Below are positions 30,899 through 39,875 of a DNA stretch of 64,000 bases, piece after piece. The DNA comes from Spirochaetia bacterium. Its GTDB lineage: Bacteria; Spirochaetota; Spirochaetia; CAKZLE01. Position numbers and translations under genes: made by a program. The notes under the pieces are model-generated. The model worked only from the letters and a program-made list of their open reading frames with translations, made no database searches and was not told the DNA's origin. Location of the stretch: the NCBI GenBank assembly GCA_963677595.1, contig OY782041.1, positions 3,776,001 to 3,840,000 on the forward strand. Reading direction: 5' to 3'. Positions within the stretch are counted from its first letter, which is position 1, and each line of letters begins with the position of its first letter.

Positions 30899-31393
30899 AT
30901 GACGGTATTGGGGGTCGATCCCGGTTTAGCCAACATAGGATGGGGCCTTATCCATTCCCGGAACCAGAGGATGGAGATGGTCTCCTACGGCCATCTCAGC
31001 ACTGAGGCCAACAGCCCGATAGCCGAGCGGATCGAGAAGATCGGCCGGGACCTTGAGGGGATCATATCCGAGCACCAGGTCGACGCCCTGAGCATCGAGG
31101 ATATCTACTACTTCCAGAACAAGAGCAGCGCGATCTCCGTCGCGAAGGTCATCGGGGCGATCTATTACATGGCATCGCTCCGGGGGCTGCCTGTCTTCTC
31201 ATATTCTCCCCTGCAGATCAAGACATCGATCACCGGCATAGGGAGGGCTGAGAAGCGCCAGGTACAGGAGATGGTCCGGGTCCTGCTCGGGCTTTCCGAG
31301 ATACCGAGGCCGGACCACGCAGCAGATGCCCTCGCGACCGCGATCTGCCACTGCATGCAGTCACTCGCGAAAGAAAGGATACATGCCGTATGA
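30899..31393 (+). CDS. ruvC: Holliday junction resolvase
   Basis: LGVDPG, IE, GRAEKRQV, DHAADALA. Confidence 0.97.
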   Translation: MTVLGVDPGLANIGWGLIHSRNQRMEMVSYGHLSTEANSPIAERIEKIGRDLEGIISEHQVDALSIEDIYYFQNKSSAISVAKVIGAIYYMASLRGLPVFSYSPLQIKTSITGIGRAEKRQVQEMVRVLLGLSEIPRPDHAADALATAICHCMQSLAKERIHAV

Positions 31394-32013
31394 TCGAAGC
31401 GATACACGGGTCGGTGGTCTCCATCGGCGCCAACCACATCATCATCTCAACAGGCAGTATCGACCTTGCCTGCCAGGTGTCGACGACCTCCAGCTCATAT
31501 TTCGGCTCCCTGCAGTCGATAGACCGTGACGATGTGACCGTCTTCACGCACCTCCACCATAAGGAGGATGTGATGGAGCTCTTCGGCTTCAGCACGAAAG
31601 AGGAGCGCTCCATGTTCTTCGAACTGATCAAGGTACAGGGGATCGGCCCGAAGCAGGCGCTGAAGATACTCTCAGGGATCACCGTGGAAGCCCTTGCGAC
31701 TGCCCTGGACCAGGGGGACCTCGACCGGCTCGTCAAGATACCCGGCCTCGGGACCAAGACGGCACAGAAGCTCGTATTGGCCCTGCGTAACAAGCTGCAG
31801 CTCTTCATGCCGGAGACGGTCGAGCGGAGTGCCGGGGAGAAGCTGCCCGATACCTGCGAGGAGATCATACACGCGCTGATAGATATGGGGTATGACAGGA
31901 AACAGGCGAGGAGCGTGGTGAAGGAGAACTACCATGCCCTCTCCTCACAGATACAAGATGAAAAACGACTGGAGGAACAGCTGTTCAAGGCATCGATCAT
32001 ACAGCTGGCATAG
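31390..32013 (+). CDS. ruvA: Holliday junction branch migration protein
   Basis: LFGF..ER..F..LIKVQGIGPK, IPGLGTKTAQK. Confidence 0.96.
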   Translation: MIEAIHGSVVSIGANHIIISTGSIDLACQVSTTSSSYFGSLQSIDRDDVTVFTHLHHKEDVMELFGFSTKEERSMFFELIKVQGIGPKQALKILSGITVEALATALDQGDLDRLVKIPGLGTKTAQKLVLALRNKLQLFMPETVERSAGEKLPDTCEEIIHALIDMGYDRKQARSVVKENYHALSSQIQDEKRLEEQLFKASIIQLA

Positions 32014-33045
32014 ATGGAAGAACGATTAGTCACCAACAAAGAACGGTATGAGGATATCTCGATGTCTGACGACCTGATCAGGCCGAAGATGCTCAAGGAC
32101 TTCCAGGGCCAGCAGGAGATCAAGGAGAACCTCTCCATCTTCATCACGGCTGCCAGGGAACGGGGCGAGTCGCTCGACCACGTCTTCATCAGCGGCCCTC
32201 CCGGGCTGGGGAAGACCACGCTGGCCTCGATCATCGCCAATGAGATGGAGGCGGAGATCAAGATGACCTCCGCCCCTGCACTCGAGAAGCCGAAGGACCT
32301 AGCCGGCATCCTCACCACGATCAAGGAGGGGTCCATCTTCTTCATCGACGAGATACACCGGCTCAGGCCGGTGCTCGAGGAGATGCTCTACATCGCGATG
32401 GAAGACTTCGAGATCGACTGGGTCATCGGGCAGGGACCCGCTGCCAGGACGATCCGCGTCCCGATTCCACAGTTCACCATGATCGGTGCGACGACGAAGG
32501 CGGGCAAGGTAGCAGCCCCGCTCTATACCAGGTTCGGCATCACCACGAGGATCGGCTTCTACAGCGACGAGGAGCTTGAACGGATCGTGCACCGCACGGC
32601 CAGGATCATAGGGGCCTCGATCGATGACGATGCGGTCATCGTGCTGGCCCGCTGCTCTAGGGGGACCCCCCGAATCGCAAACAGGCTCCTCAAGAGACTG
32701 CGAGACTTCGCGTCGGTCCTCGGCGACGGGACCATCACGAAAGATATTGTGCTCGAGGGACTGACTAGGCTCGGCATCGACGACGAAGGACTCGATGAAC
32801 TCGACCGGAGGATCCTCGAGACGATCATCGACTACTACCAGGGAGGCCCGGTAGGGGCTGAGACCCTCGCGATATCGGTCGGGGAGGCCATAGAGTCCCT
32901 CGAGGATTTCTATGAGCCCTACCTCATACAGAAGGGGTATATAAAGAGGACCCCAAGAGGTCGGGTCGTCACCCAGAAAGCGTATGACCTGCTGAAGAGA
33001 CAGAACACGAGGACTGACGATGAGAACCAAAGACTTCTATTTTGA
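32014..33045 (+). CDS. ruvB: Holliday junction helicase
   Basis: [36 protein letters not shown]. Confidence 0.98.
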   Translation: MEERLVTNKERYEDISMSDDLIRPKMLKDFQGQQEIKENLSIFITAARERGESLDHVFISGPPGLGKTTLASIIANEMEAEIKMTSAPALEKPKDLAGILTTIKEGSIFFIDEIHRLRPVLEEMLYIAMEDFEIDWVIGQGPAARTIRVPIPQFTMIGATTKAGKVAAPLYTRFGITTRIGFYSDEELERIVHRTARIIGASIDDDAVIVLARCSRGTPRIANRLLKRLRDFASVLGDGTITKDIVLEGLTRLGIDDEGLDELDRRILETIIDYYQGGPVGAETLAISVGEAIESLEDFYEPYLIQKGYIKRTPRGRVVTQKAYDLLKRQNTRTDDENQRLLF

Positions 33046-34042
33046 CCTGCCCGAGGAGCTGATCGCCCAGTACCCGACCGACCGGAGGGGCCGGAGCCGG
33101 CTGATGGTCCTCGACCGGGAGAGCGGGGAAGTGACCCACTCATCGATTGACCACATCGTCGACTTCATCCCTGAGAATGCGCTCATGATCGTCAATGACT
33201 CGAAGGTCCGAAAAGCCAGGGTCTTCGCACAGACGGAGTTCTCGGGTCAGGTGGAGTTCCTCTTTCTCGAGCAGCATGACGAGCTGACCTGGGAGGTGAT
33301 GGTCACCAAGTCCAAGCGCCAGAAGAAGGGGAGGGTCTACACCTTCGCTGACGGCACGAAGGCCCTGATGGTCGATGACCTCGACGGGACGCGTATCATT
33401 CGGACCGACAGGCCCATCGATGAGTCGTTCTTCGAGAACCTCGGTCATATACCGCTGCCGCCCTATATAAAACGGGAGGACGAGTTCTCCGATTCATCAC
33501 GCTACCAGACGGTCTATGCCGAGAAGATCGGTTCCGTGGCCGCACCCACTGCAGGCCTCCATTTCACCGATGAACTGCTCGATGCCCTCCGTGAGAAGGG
33601 TGTCAGGATCGAGACGGTCACGCTCCATGTCGGGCTCGGGACCTTCCTCCCCATCCGTGCTGATGAGATCGAGCACCACAGCATGCACAGCGAGACCTAC
33701 GATATAAGCGAAGAGACAGCACAGCTGATCAATGAGTACAAACATGCAGGGAAGCCGGTCATCGCGGTGGGCACGACCTCGGTGCGTACGCTCGAATCCG
33801 CATATGATGAGAAGGTTGGGGGAGTCGTCCCCGGCAGGTGCTCCACCGATATCTTCATCACCCCCGGCTACGAGTTCAAGGTCGTCGAGGGCCTGGTCAC
33901 GAACTTCCACACACCTGAGTCCACGCTCCTGATCCTGGTAAGTGCCCTTGCAGGCAGGGAGAAGATATTCCATGCCTATGAGGAGGCGATTCGGGAACGC
34001 TACCGTTTCTACTCCTATGGGGACGCGATGTTCATCCGTTAA
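33020..34042 (+). CDS. queA: SAM:tRNA ribosyltransferase-isomerase
   Basis: [42 protein letters not shown]. Confidence 0.98.
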   Translation: MRTKDFYFDLPEELIAQYPTDRRGRSRLMVLDRESGEVTHSSIDHIVDFIPENALMIVNDSKVRKARVFAQTEFSGQVEFLFLEQHDELTWEVMVTKSKRQKKGRVYTFADGTKALMVDDLDGTRIIRTDRPIDESFFENLGHIPLPPYIKREDEFSDSSRYQTVYAEKIGSVAAPTAGLHFTDELLDALREKGVRIETVTLHVGLGTFLPIRADEIEHHSMHSETYDISEETAQLINEYKHAGKPVIAVGTTSVRTLESAYDEKVGGVVPGRCSTDIFITPGYEFKVVEGLVTNFHTPESTLLILVSALAGREKIFHAYEEAIRERYRFYSYGDAMFIR

Positions 34043-34647
34043 GCATTGGTGAACAGCTTCATGATCTCAGAATGTATCTCCTCGATCGTTTTCGTGCCGT
34101 CAACGATGAGGAGGTTCAATTCCTTCGGGTAGGCTGAGAGGGCCTTCCGGTAGTTCTCATAGACCTGTTCCTGAAACTGCTCATACTCGAAGATATCGCG
34201 TGAGGAGCGGTTCTCTGCTATCCGCTTCATGCAGTGCTCCACCGGTGTGTCGATATAGATGAGGTATTCTGGCATCGGGAAGCGGCAGTTGAGTTCCGCG
34301 ACCTCCTCATAGGGGGAGCCGATCGACTGGTATGCCTCTGATGAGAAGAGGTACCTGTCCGAGATGACATAATCGAGGGTCGTAAGCTTCTCGATGATGC
34401 CTCCTTCACCATAGAGGTGGTCATCCCGGTCCGCGGCATAGAGCATGGCCAGAGCCTTCGGGGTGATCCGCTCCTCGCCGGCGAGGACCTTCCTGACCAG
34501 TCTCCCGATCGCGTGGTCCGTGGGTTCACAGGTCTGGTCGACTGCATGTCCCGTATCAGCGAGTGACTTGCAGAGCAGCCTTGCCTGTGTGGTCGTGCCG
34601 GCACCGTCGAGTCCTTCGAACACGATGAAACCTGTTAGTGTATCCAT
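34039..34647 (-). CDS. tmk: Thymidylate kinase
   Basis: FIVFEGLDGAGTTTQ, EP, AADR..H, DRY..S..AYQ. Confidence 0.93.
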   Translation of the reverse strand: MDTLTGFIVFEGLDGAGTTTQARLLCKSLADTGHAVDQTCEPTDHAIGRLVRKVLAGEERITPKALAMLYAADRDDHLYGEGGIIEKLTTLDYVISDRYLFSSEAYQSIGSPYEEVAELNCRFPMPEYLIYIDTPVEHCMKRIAENRSSRDIFEYEQFQEQVYENYRKALSAYPKELNLLIVDGTKTIEEIHSEIMKLFTNA

Positions 34648-34710
34648 AGCTTATGTTATACCGGATTATCATCGTTTATGCCATCGGTCGATCATCTTTT
34701 TTCATCTGTG

Positions 34711-34725
34711 TGATAACGATTATCA
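34711..34725. promoter_or_regulatory. Fur-box-like 7-1-7 palindrome in tmk/rnf intergenic region
   Basis: TGATAAC-G-ATTATCA, one mismatch from TGATAATnATTATCA. Confidence 0.5.
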
Positions 34726-34796
34726 GGTGGGTTCCACGATGTGACGGAGTCTCCCTTTAATGTACAACTTTTCACATATACAATTTCCCTTCCCCG

Positions 34797-34825
34797 TTTA
34801 CATAACATAGCGCAATGCGTATAAT
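34797..34825 (+). promoter_or_regulatory. sigma70 promoter of rnf operon
   Basis: TTTACA-17bp-TATAAT; AAAGGAG RBS before rnfC. Confidence 0.75.
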
Positions 34826-34859
34826 AACCTGACGTAATCACGAAAGGAGTTATAAACAC

Positions 34860-36176
34860 ATGCGGAAAATCAGCACGTTCTCAAAGGGCGGTGTGCATCC
34901 AGCGGACCGTAAAGAGTTGACATGTACTAAAGAGATCGTACGACTTCCGATACCTCAGACCATAACTGTCCCGTTCTCCCAGCACCTGGGGGTCCCGGCA
35001 AATCCGGTGATCGCGAAGGGTGACACTGTCACCCTCGGCCAGAAGATCGGAGAGGCTGCAGGGTTCATATCAGCTGACATTCACTCACCGGCTGCAGGCA
35101 AGGTGCTTAACATCACTGAGCTCTTCCTGCCGAACGGCATGAAATCGAAGGCTGCGGTCATCGAAGTAGCTGCTGAAGAGCAGTCACCCGAGATCGTACC
35201 GGCTGACTGGCGTTCGATGGAGCCAAGTGAGATGGTAGCGAAGGTAAAGGAACTCGGTATCGTCGGGATGGGAGGGGCGACCTTCCCCGCGAACGTGAAG
35301 TTCACCGTTCCCAAGGGCAAGAAGGCTGAGTATCTGGTCATAAACGGGGTAGAGTGCGAGCCGTATCTCACATCTGACCACCGGATCATGCTCGAACGCG
35401 GCGACAAGCTGCTGCAGGGTGCGATGATCATCGCGAAGATGGTCTCAGCCGAGCATATCATCATCGGTATCGAGAAGAACAAGCCCGATGCTATGGCCAA
35501 TCTCGAGAGGCTCATCGAGCAGAATTCCTATCCAATTGAGATCCAGCCGCTGAAGCTCAAGTACCCACAGGGTGATGAGAAGCAGCTGCTCAAGGCTGCG
35601 ATCGGGAGGGAAGTCCCCTCTGGAGCGCTACCCATCGATATCGGGGCGGTCGTGAGCAATGTCGGTACGACCTACGCCGTCTACCAGGCCATCGTCGAGG
35701 GCAAGCCCCTCATCGAGCGGGTCGTGACGGTCAGCGGGAATGCCGTGAAGGAGCCTGGGAACTTCCTCGTGACGATCGGTACCCCGATCTCTCAGCTCAT
35801 CGAAGCCTGCGGCGGCTTCACTGAGACACCTGAGAAGATGGTAGCCGGCGGTCCCATGATGGGATTCGGTTTCTATGACCTCGCCACCCCGGTGATGAAG
35901 GGAACCTCCGGTGTCCTCGCACTCACGAAGGCTGAGGCCTTCAAGAGCGAGCAGACCGCCTGCATCTCCTGCGGGAGATGTGTCGAGGCATGCCCCATGG
36001 GACTGCAGCCGACGAAACTCTATAAGAACATATCCAAGGCCAATTATGACACGGCTATGGGCATGAGCCTGCTCGACTGCAAGGAGTGCGGCTGCTGCGC
36101 GTTCATCTGCCCAGCAAAGCTGCCTCTGGTCCAGGCGATGAGATTAGGGAAACGAATGTCGAGGAAGAAAAAATAA
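34860..36176 (+). CDS. rnfC: Rnf complex subunit C
   Basis: GGVHP, GIVGMGGATFP, INGVECEPYLTSD, YPQGDEKQL, GGPMMG, two 4Fe-4S motifs. Confidence 0.96.
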   Translation: MRKISTFSKGGVHPADRKELTCTKEIVRLPIPQTITVPFSQHLGVPANPVIAKGDTVTLGQKIGEAAGFISADIHSPAAGKVLNITELFLPNGMKSKAAVIEVAAEEQSPEIVPADWRSMEPSEMVAKVKELGIVGMGGATFPANVKFTVPKGKKAEYLVINGVECEPYLTSDHRIMLERGDKLLQGAMIIAKMVSAEHIIIGIEKNKPDAMANLERLIEQNSYPIEIQPLKLKYPQGDEKQLLKAAIGREVPSGALPIDIGAVVSNVGTTYAVYQAIVEGKPLIERVVTVSGNAVKEPGNFLVTIGTPISQLIEACGGFTETPEKMVAGGPMMGFGFYDLATPVMKGTSGVLALTKAEAFKSEQTACISCGRCVEACPMGLQPTKLYKNISKANYDTAMGMSLLDCKECGCCAFICPAKLPLVQAMRLGKRMSRKKK

Positions 36177-37273
36177 TGATAGAAGATTTGACAAACTTAC
36201 GCATTGAGAGTTCACCGCAGATACGTCACCATGATACGACTTCGAAGATCATGTGGGCTGTCATCATCGCACTGCTCCCGAGCGGGATCTGGGGTGTGAT
36301 CAATTTCGGGTGGTATTCCCTGCTGGTCATCGCGATCTCGCTCGCCACGGCGGCAGGGATCGAGTACCTGTTCATCAGGACGTTTCATAAAGGCAGCCTC
36401 TTGGACGGCAGCGCCCTGCTCACGGGACTGCTCGTAGCCTACAACATGCCTCCTCATGTCGTCCTCTACGTCCCGGTCATCGCGACGGCCTTTGCCATCG
36501 CGGTGGTGAAGTGGAGTTTCGGCGGCCTGGGGGCTAACTGGATCAACCCGGCACTGGCAGGGAGGGCCTTCGTCTTCTTTTCCTGGACGGGTTCCATGAC
36601 CAGCTGGAGTGCTCCGCGGAGCTGGCAGGCAGTGGATTCCGTATCGGGAGCCACGATGCTCTCATCGGTCAAGACCGGCCTCATGGACTTAAGCGGTTCA
36701 GTGGCTGGTTCTTCGCAGGTGCTTGCCGACGGGGGGTACGCGGTATCGAATGCCGCTGCAGCCGTCACCGGCTGGTTCCAGAACAGCCTCGGCTGGTCCG
36801 TGTCGCCCTACAACATCGACCTGTTCCTCGGTAATGTCTCGGGCTGTATCGGTGAGGTGTCAGCACTGCTGCTCATCATCGGGGCGATCTACCTCCTGAA
36901 GCGGAAGATCATCACCTGGTACATCCCCGTCTCCTATATCGGGGTATTCACCCTGCTTATCTGGATCTTCGGCGGCCTTCGGTACAACAGCGGGTTCTTC
37001 TCCGGGGATGTCTGGTTCCACCTCTTCAGTGGAGGCCTGATGCTCGGTGCCCTCTTCATGGCCACCGACATGGTCACCAGCCCGACCACACCGAAGGGTA
37101 TGATCATATTCGGTGCGGGAGCAGGGTTCCTCACCTTCCTCTTCAGGATCTACGGGTCCCTCCCTGAAGGTGTATCACTCGCGATCATCCTCATGAACAT
37201 CTTCGTCCCCATGATCGACCGGTACATCGTGCCGAAGAAGTTCGGTTCCAAGAAAGAGAGAGGTGCAGCATGA
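36176..37273 (+). CDS. rnfD: Rnf complex subunit D
   Basis: SSPQI, DGSALLTG, FGGLG.N..NPA, SGAT FMN site, GCIGEVS, FMATD. Confidence 0.95.
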   Translation: MIEDLTNLRIESSPQIRHHDTTSKIMWAVIIALLPSGIWGVINFGWYSLLVIAISLATAAGIEYLFIRTFHKGSLLDGSALLTGLLVAYNMPPHVVLYVPVIATAFAIAVVKWSFGGLGANWINPALAGRAFVFFSWTGSMTSWSAPRSWQAVDSVSGATMLSSVKTGLMDLSGSVAGSSQVLADGGYAVSNAAAAVTGWFQNSLGWSVSPYNIDLFLGNVSGCIGEVSALLLIIGAIYLLKRKIITWYIPVSYIGVFTLLIWIFGGLRYNSGFFSGDVWFHLFSGGLMLGALFMATDMVTSPTTPKGMIIFGAGAGFLTFLFRIYGSLPEGVSLAIILMNIFVPMIDRYIVPKKFGSKKERGAA

Positions 37274-37824
37274 AAGATATGATCAAGATCAGTTCTCGTC
37301 TGGGAATCATCTGTGCGGTAGCCGCGGTGGTGCTGGCGCTGGTCAATTCCATCACGGCGCCTGAGATCGCAGCCTACCAGGAGCGTGTGGTCGCACAGGC
37401 CCTTGAACAGGTGTCTACCGGCTATGAGGTCGGGGAGACCCTCGTTTCAGATAAGGACGGGATCTCGTCAGTCACGGAACTCCTGAAAAGCGGTTCTGCT
37501 GCCGGGTATGTCATGAACATCACGACGAGCGGCTACGGCGGCCCGATGGACCTCCTTGCGAGCTTCACCGCCGACGGTGAGGTCATCGCCGCGAAGCTGC
37601 TGACCAATGCCGAGACCCCGGGTTTGGGCAAGAAGGCCGAGTCGGATGAGTACATGGAGAAGTTTGTCGGGACGGGAGGTTCATCAGCCGTTCCGCAGCG
37701 CAAGAGCGACCTTCCTGAGGCGCAGGCTGACAGCGTGAGCGGTGCTACCATCACCTTCAGCGGCGTAGCGAAGGGACTCGCCCTTGGAAGCGAATATGCT
37801 GTTGAGCTTGGAGGTGCGAACTGA
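37270..37824 (+). CDS. rnfG: Rnf complex subunit G
   Basis: GYGG, ETPGLG, DSVSGATIT. Confidence 0.93.
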   Translation: MKDMIKISSRLGIICAVAAVVLALVNSITAPEIAAYQERVVAQALEQVSTGYEVGETLVSDKDGISSVTELLKSGSAAGYVMNITTSGYGGPMDLLASFTADGEVIAAKLLTNAETPGLGKKAESDEYMEKFVGTGGSSAVPQRKSDLPEAQADSVSGATITFSGVAKGLALGSEYAVELGGAN

Positions 37825-38441
37825 TGATGAAAGAGTTTACCAAGGGTATCTTCAAGGAGAACCCTATATTCGTGATACTGCTCGGGCTCTGTCCGACGCT
37901 CGGTGTATCGACACAGGTCATCAATGCCCTCGGGATGGGCGCAGGCGTCATCTTCGTCTTGACCTTCTCGAACATCTTCGTCTCGCTGCTGAAGGATTTC
38001 ATCCCGGCCAAGGTGAGGATTCCATCCTATATCGTCATCATCGCCTCCTTCGTCACGATCGTCGAGATGGTGATGCATGCCTATATGCCGTCCCTCTTCG
38101 AGAGCCTCGGGGTGTTCGTGCCGCTCATCGTCGTGAACTGCATCATCCTCGGACGTGCCGAGGGGTTCGCGAACCAGAACGGCGTCGGGGCCTCGATCCT
38201 CGATGCACTGGGGATGGGTATCGGGTTCACACTCAGCCTCATCCTCATCTCCCTGATCAGGGAGGTCCTCGGTGCCGGGACGATCACGCTCTTCTCCTTC
38301 GGGAGCTTCGACGGCGTGATCGAGATCCCGCTCCTCTATACAGCCCCGATGAGGATCATCAGCCTCTCAGCTGGTGCATTATTGGTCATGGGATACCTGA
38401 AGGCCTTCTTCAACTGGTATTCTGCAAGGAACAGGGGGTAG
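37824..38441 (+). CDS. rnfE: Rnf complex subunit E
   Basis: ENP..LGLCPTL, VRIP, PLIVVNCIILGRAE. Confidence 0.95.
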   Translation: MMKEFTKGIFKENPIFVILLGLCPTLGVSTQVINALGMGAGVIFVLTFSNIFVSLLKDFIPAKVRIPSYIVIIASFVTIVEMVMHAYMPSLFESLGVFVPLIVVNCIILGRAEGFANQNGVGASILDALGMGIGFTLSLILISLIREVLGAGTITLFSFGSFDGVIEIPLLYTAPMRIISLSAGALLVMGYLKAFFNWYSARNRG

Positions 38442-38447
38442 GGTAAC

Positions 38448-39038
38448 ATGACATATCTTGCAATACTCATAACATTCGTATTCATAAACAACTTCATCCT
38501 GACGCAGTTCCTCGGCCTCTGCCCCTTCATCGGGGTCTCGAAGAACACCGAGTCAGCCATCGGGATGGGCTTCGCCGTGACCTTCGTCATGGCTATCGCC
38601 TCAGCCGTCACCTGGCTGGTCTATTACAAGGTCCTCATACCGCTCGGCCTCGGTTACCTGCAGACGATCACCTTCATCCTCGTCATCGCATCCCTGGTAC
38701 AGCTCGTCGAGATGGTCGTGCAGAAGATATCACCGCCCCTCTACAAGGCGCTGGGGATCTTCCTCCCGCTGATCACCACCAACTGTGCGGTACTCGGTAT
38801 CGCGCTGATCAACGTGACGAACTCCTACAACCTGCTCGAGAGCTTCGTGGCCGGTATCGCTGCAGGGCTCGGGTTCCTCCTCGCGATCGTGCTCATGGCT
38901 AATATCAGGGAGCGGCTCGAACTCGAGAATGTGCCGAAACCCCTCCAGGGTGTACCGGTCGCATTCATATCAGGCGGGCTCATGGCATTGGCGTTCATGG
39001 CATTCGACAAGGCACTGCTCACCAATTTATTAGGATAG
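38448..39038 (+). CDS. rnfA: Rnf complex subunit A
   Basis: NNFILTQFLGLCPFIGVS, LPLITTNCAVLG. Confidence 0.95.
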   Translation: MTYLAILITFVFINNFILTQFLGLCPFIGVSKNTESAIGMGFAVTFVMAIASAVTWLVYYKVLIPLGLGYLQTITFILVIASLVQLVEMVVQKISPPLYKALGIFLPLITTNCAVLGIALINVTNSYNLLESFVAGIAAGLGFLLAIVLMANIRERLELENVPKPLQGVPVAFISGGLMALAFMAFDKALLTNLLG

Positions 39039-39046
39039 GTACTAAG

Positions 39047-39853
39047 ATGATTTTGAATATTGTTTATGCGTTTCTCACCGTCTCCGTCCTGGGGACCATC
39101 TTCGGGCTCGGCCTTGCCTATGCCTCCAAGCGTCTTGCCATCAAGAAGGATGAGCGGGTCGTAGCCGTGGAGTCAGCACTTCCCGGGGCGAACTGCGGTG
39201 CCTGCGGGTTCGCAGGCTGCGCTGCCTATGCCGACGCGATCGTGACCGAGAGTGCCGAGATCACCATGTGCTCACCCGGCGGGGCTGAGACCCAGAAGGC
39301 GATCGCCGAGATCATGGGGCTCGAGGCTGAAGGCGGATCATCCGAGAAGATGGTCGCACGGGTCCACTGCTACGGGAACAAGGAGACCACGAAATCGGAG
39401 TTCAGCTATGACGGCATCACCGACTGCAATGCAGCGGCTATCATGTTCAGCGGGGACAAGAGCTGCAAGTACGGCTGTCTCGGCCTTGGCAGCTGTATCA
39501 CCGTCTGTCCCGTCGACGCGATCACCAAACGTGCTGACGGCAGGATATTTGTTGACAAAGATATTTGCATAGGATGCGGTAAATGTGTTACTGTATGTCC
39601 TACGGGCGTCATGAAGATGATCCCGTACAGTGCTGATTACTATATAGCATGCAATTCCCAGGATAAGGGCGCTGCTGTCAAGAAGGCGTGCACCGTCGGC
39701 TGTATCGGCTGCAAGATCTGTGAACGCAAGTTCCCGGAAGCCGGTTTCACCGTTACGAACTTCCTCTCTGAGATCGACTATTCGATCGAGCCGAAGGATC
39801 GTGAAGGAGCGGCGGAAGCCTGTCCGACCTCCTGTATAAGGATTGCTGATTAG
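39047..39853 (+). CDS. rnfB: Rnf complex subunit B
   Basis: LPGANCGACGFAGC, CKYGCLGLGSCITVCP, CIGCGKCVTVCP, CIGCKIC. Confidence 0.95.
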   Translation: MILNIVYAFLTVSVLGTIFGLGLAYASKRLAIKKDERVVAVESALPGANCGACGFAGCAAYADAIVTESAEITMCSPGGAETQKAIAEIMGLEAEGGSSEKMVARVHCYGNKETTKSEFSYDGITDCNAAAIMFSGDKSCKYGCLGLGSCITVCPVDAITKRADGRIFVDKDICIGCGKCVTVCPTGVMKMIPYSADYYIACNSQDKGAAVKKACTVGCIGCKICERKFPEAGFTVTNFLSEIDYSIEPKDREGAAEACPTSCIRIAD

Positions 39854-39875
39854 AATCATAGGATAAAAGGAACAC

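Noticed and set aside
37784-38446. 220-aa alternative-frame ORF over rnfE
   Set aside because: Arg/His/Pro-rich frameshift shadow of hydrophobic codons.
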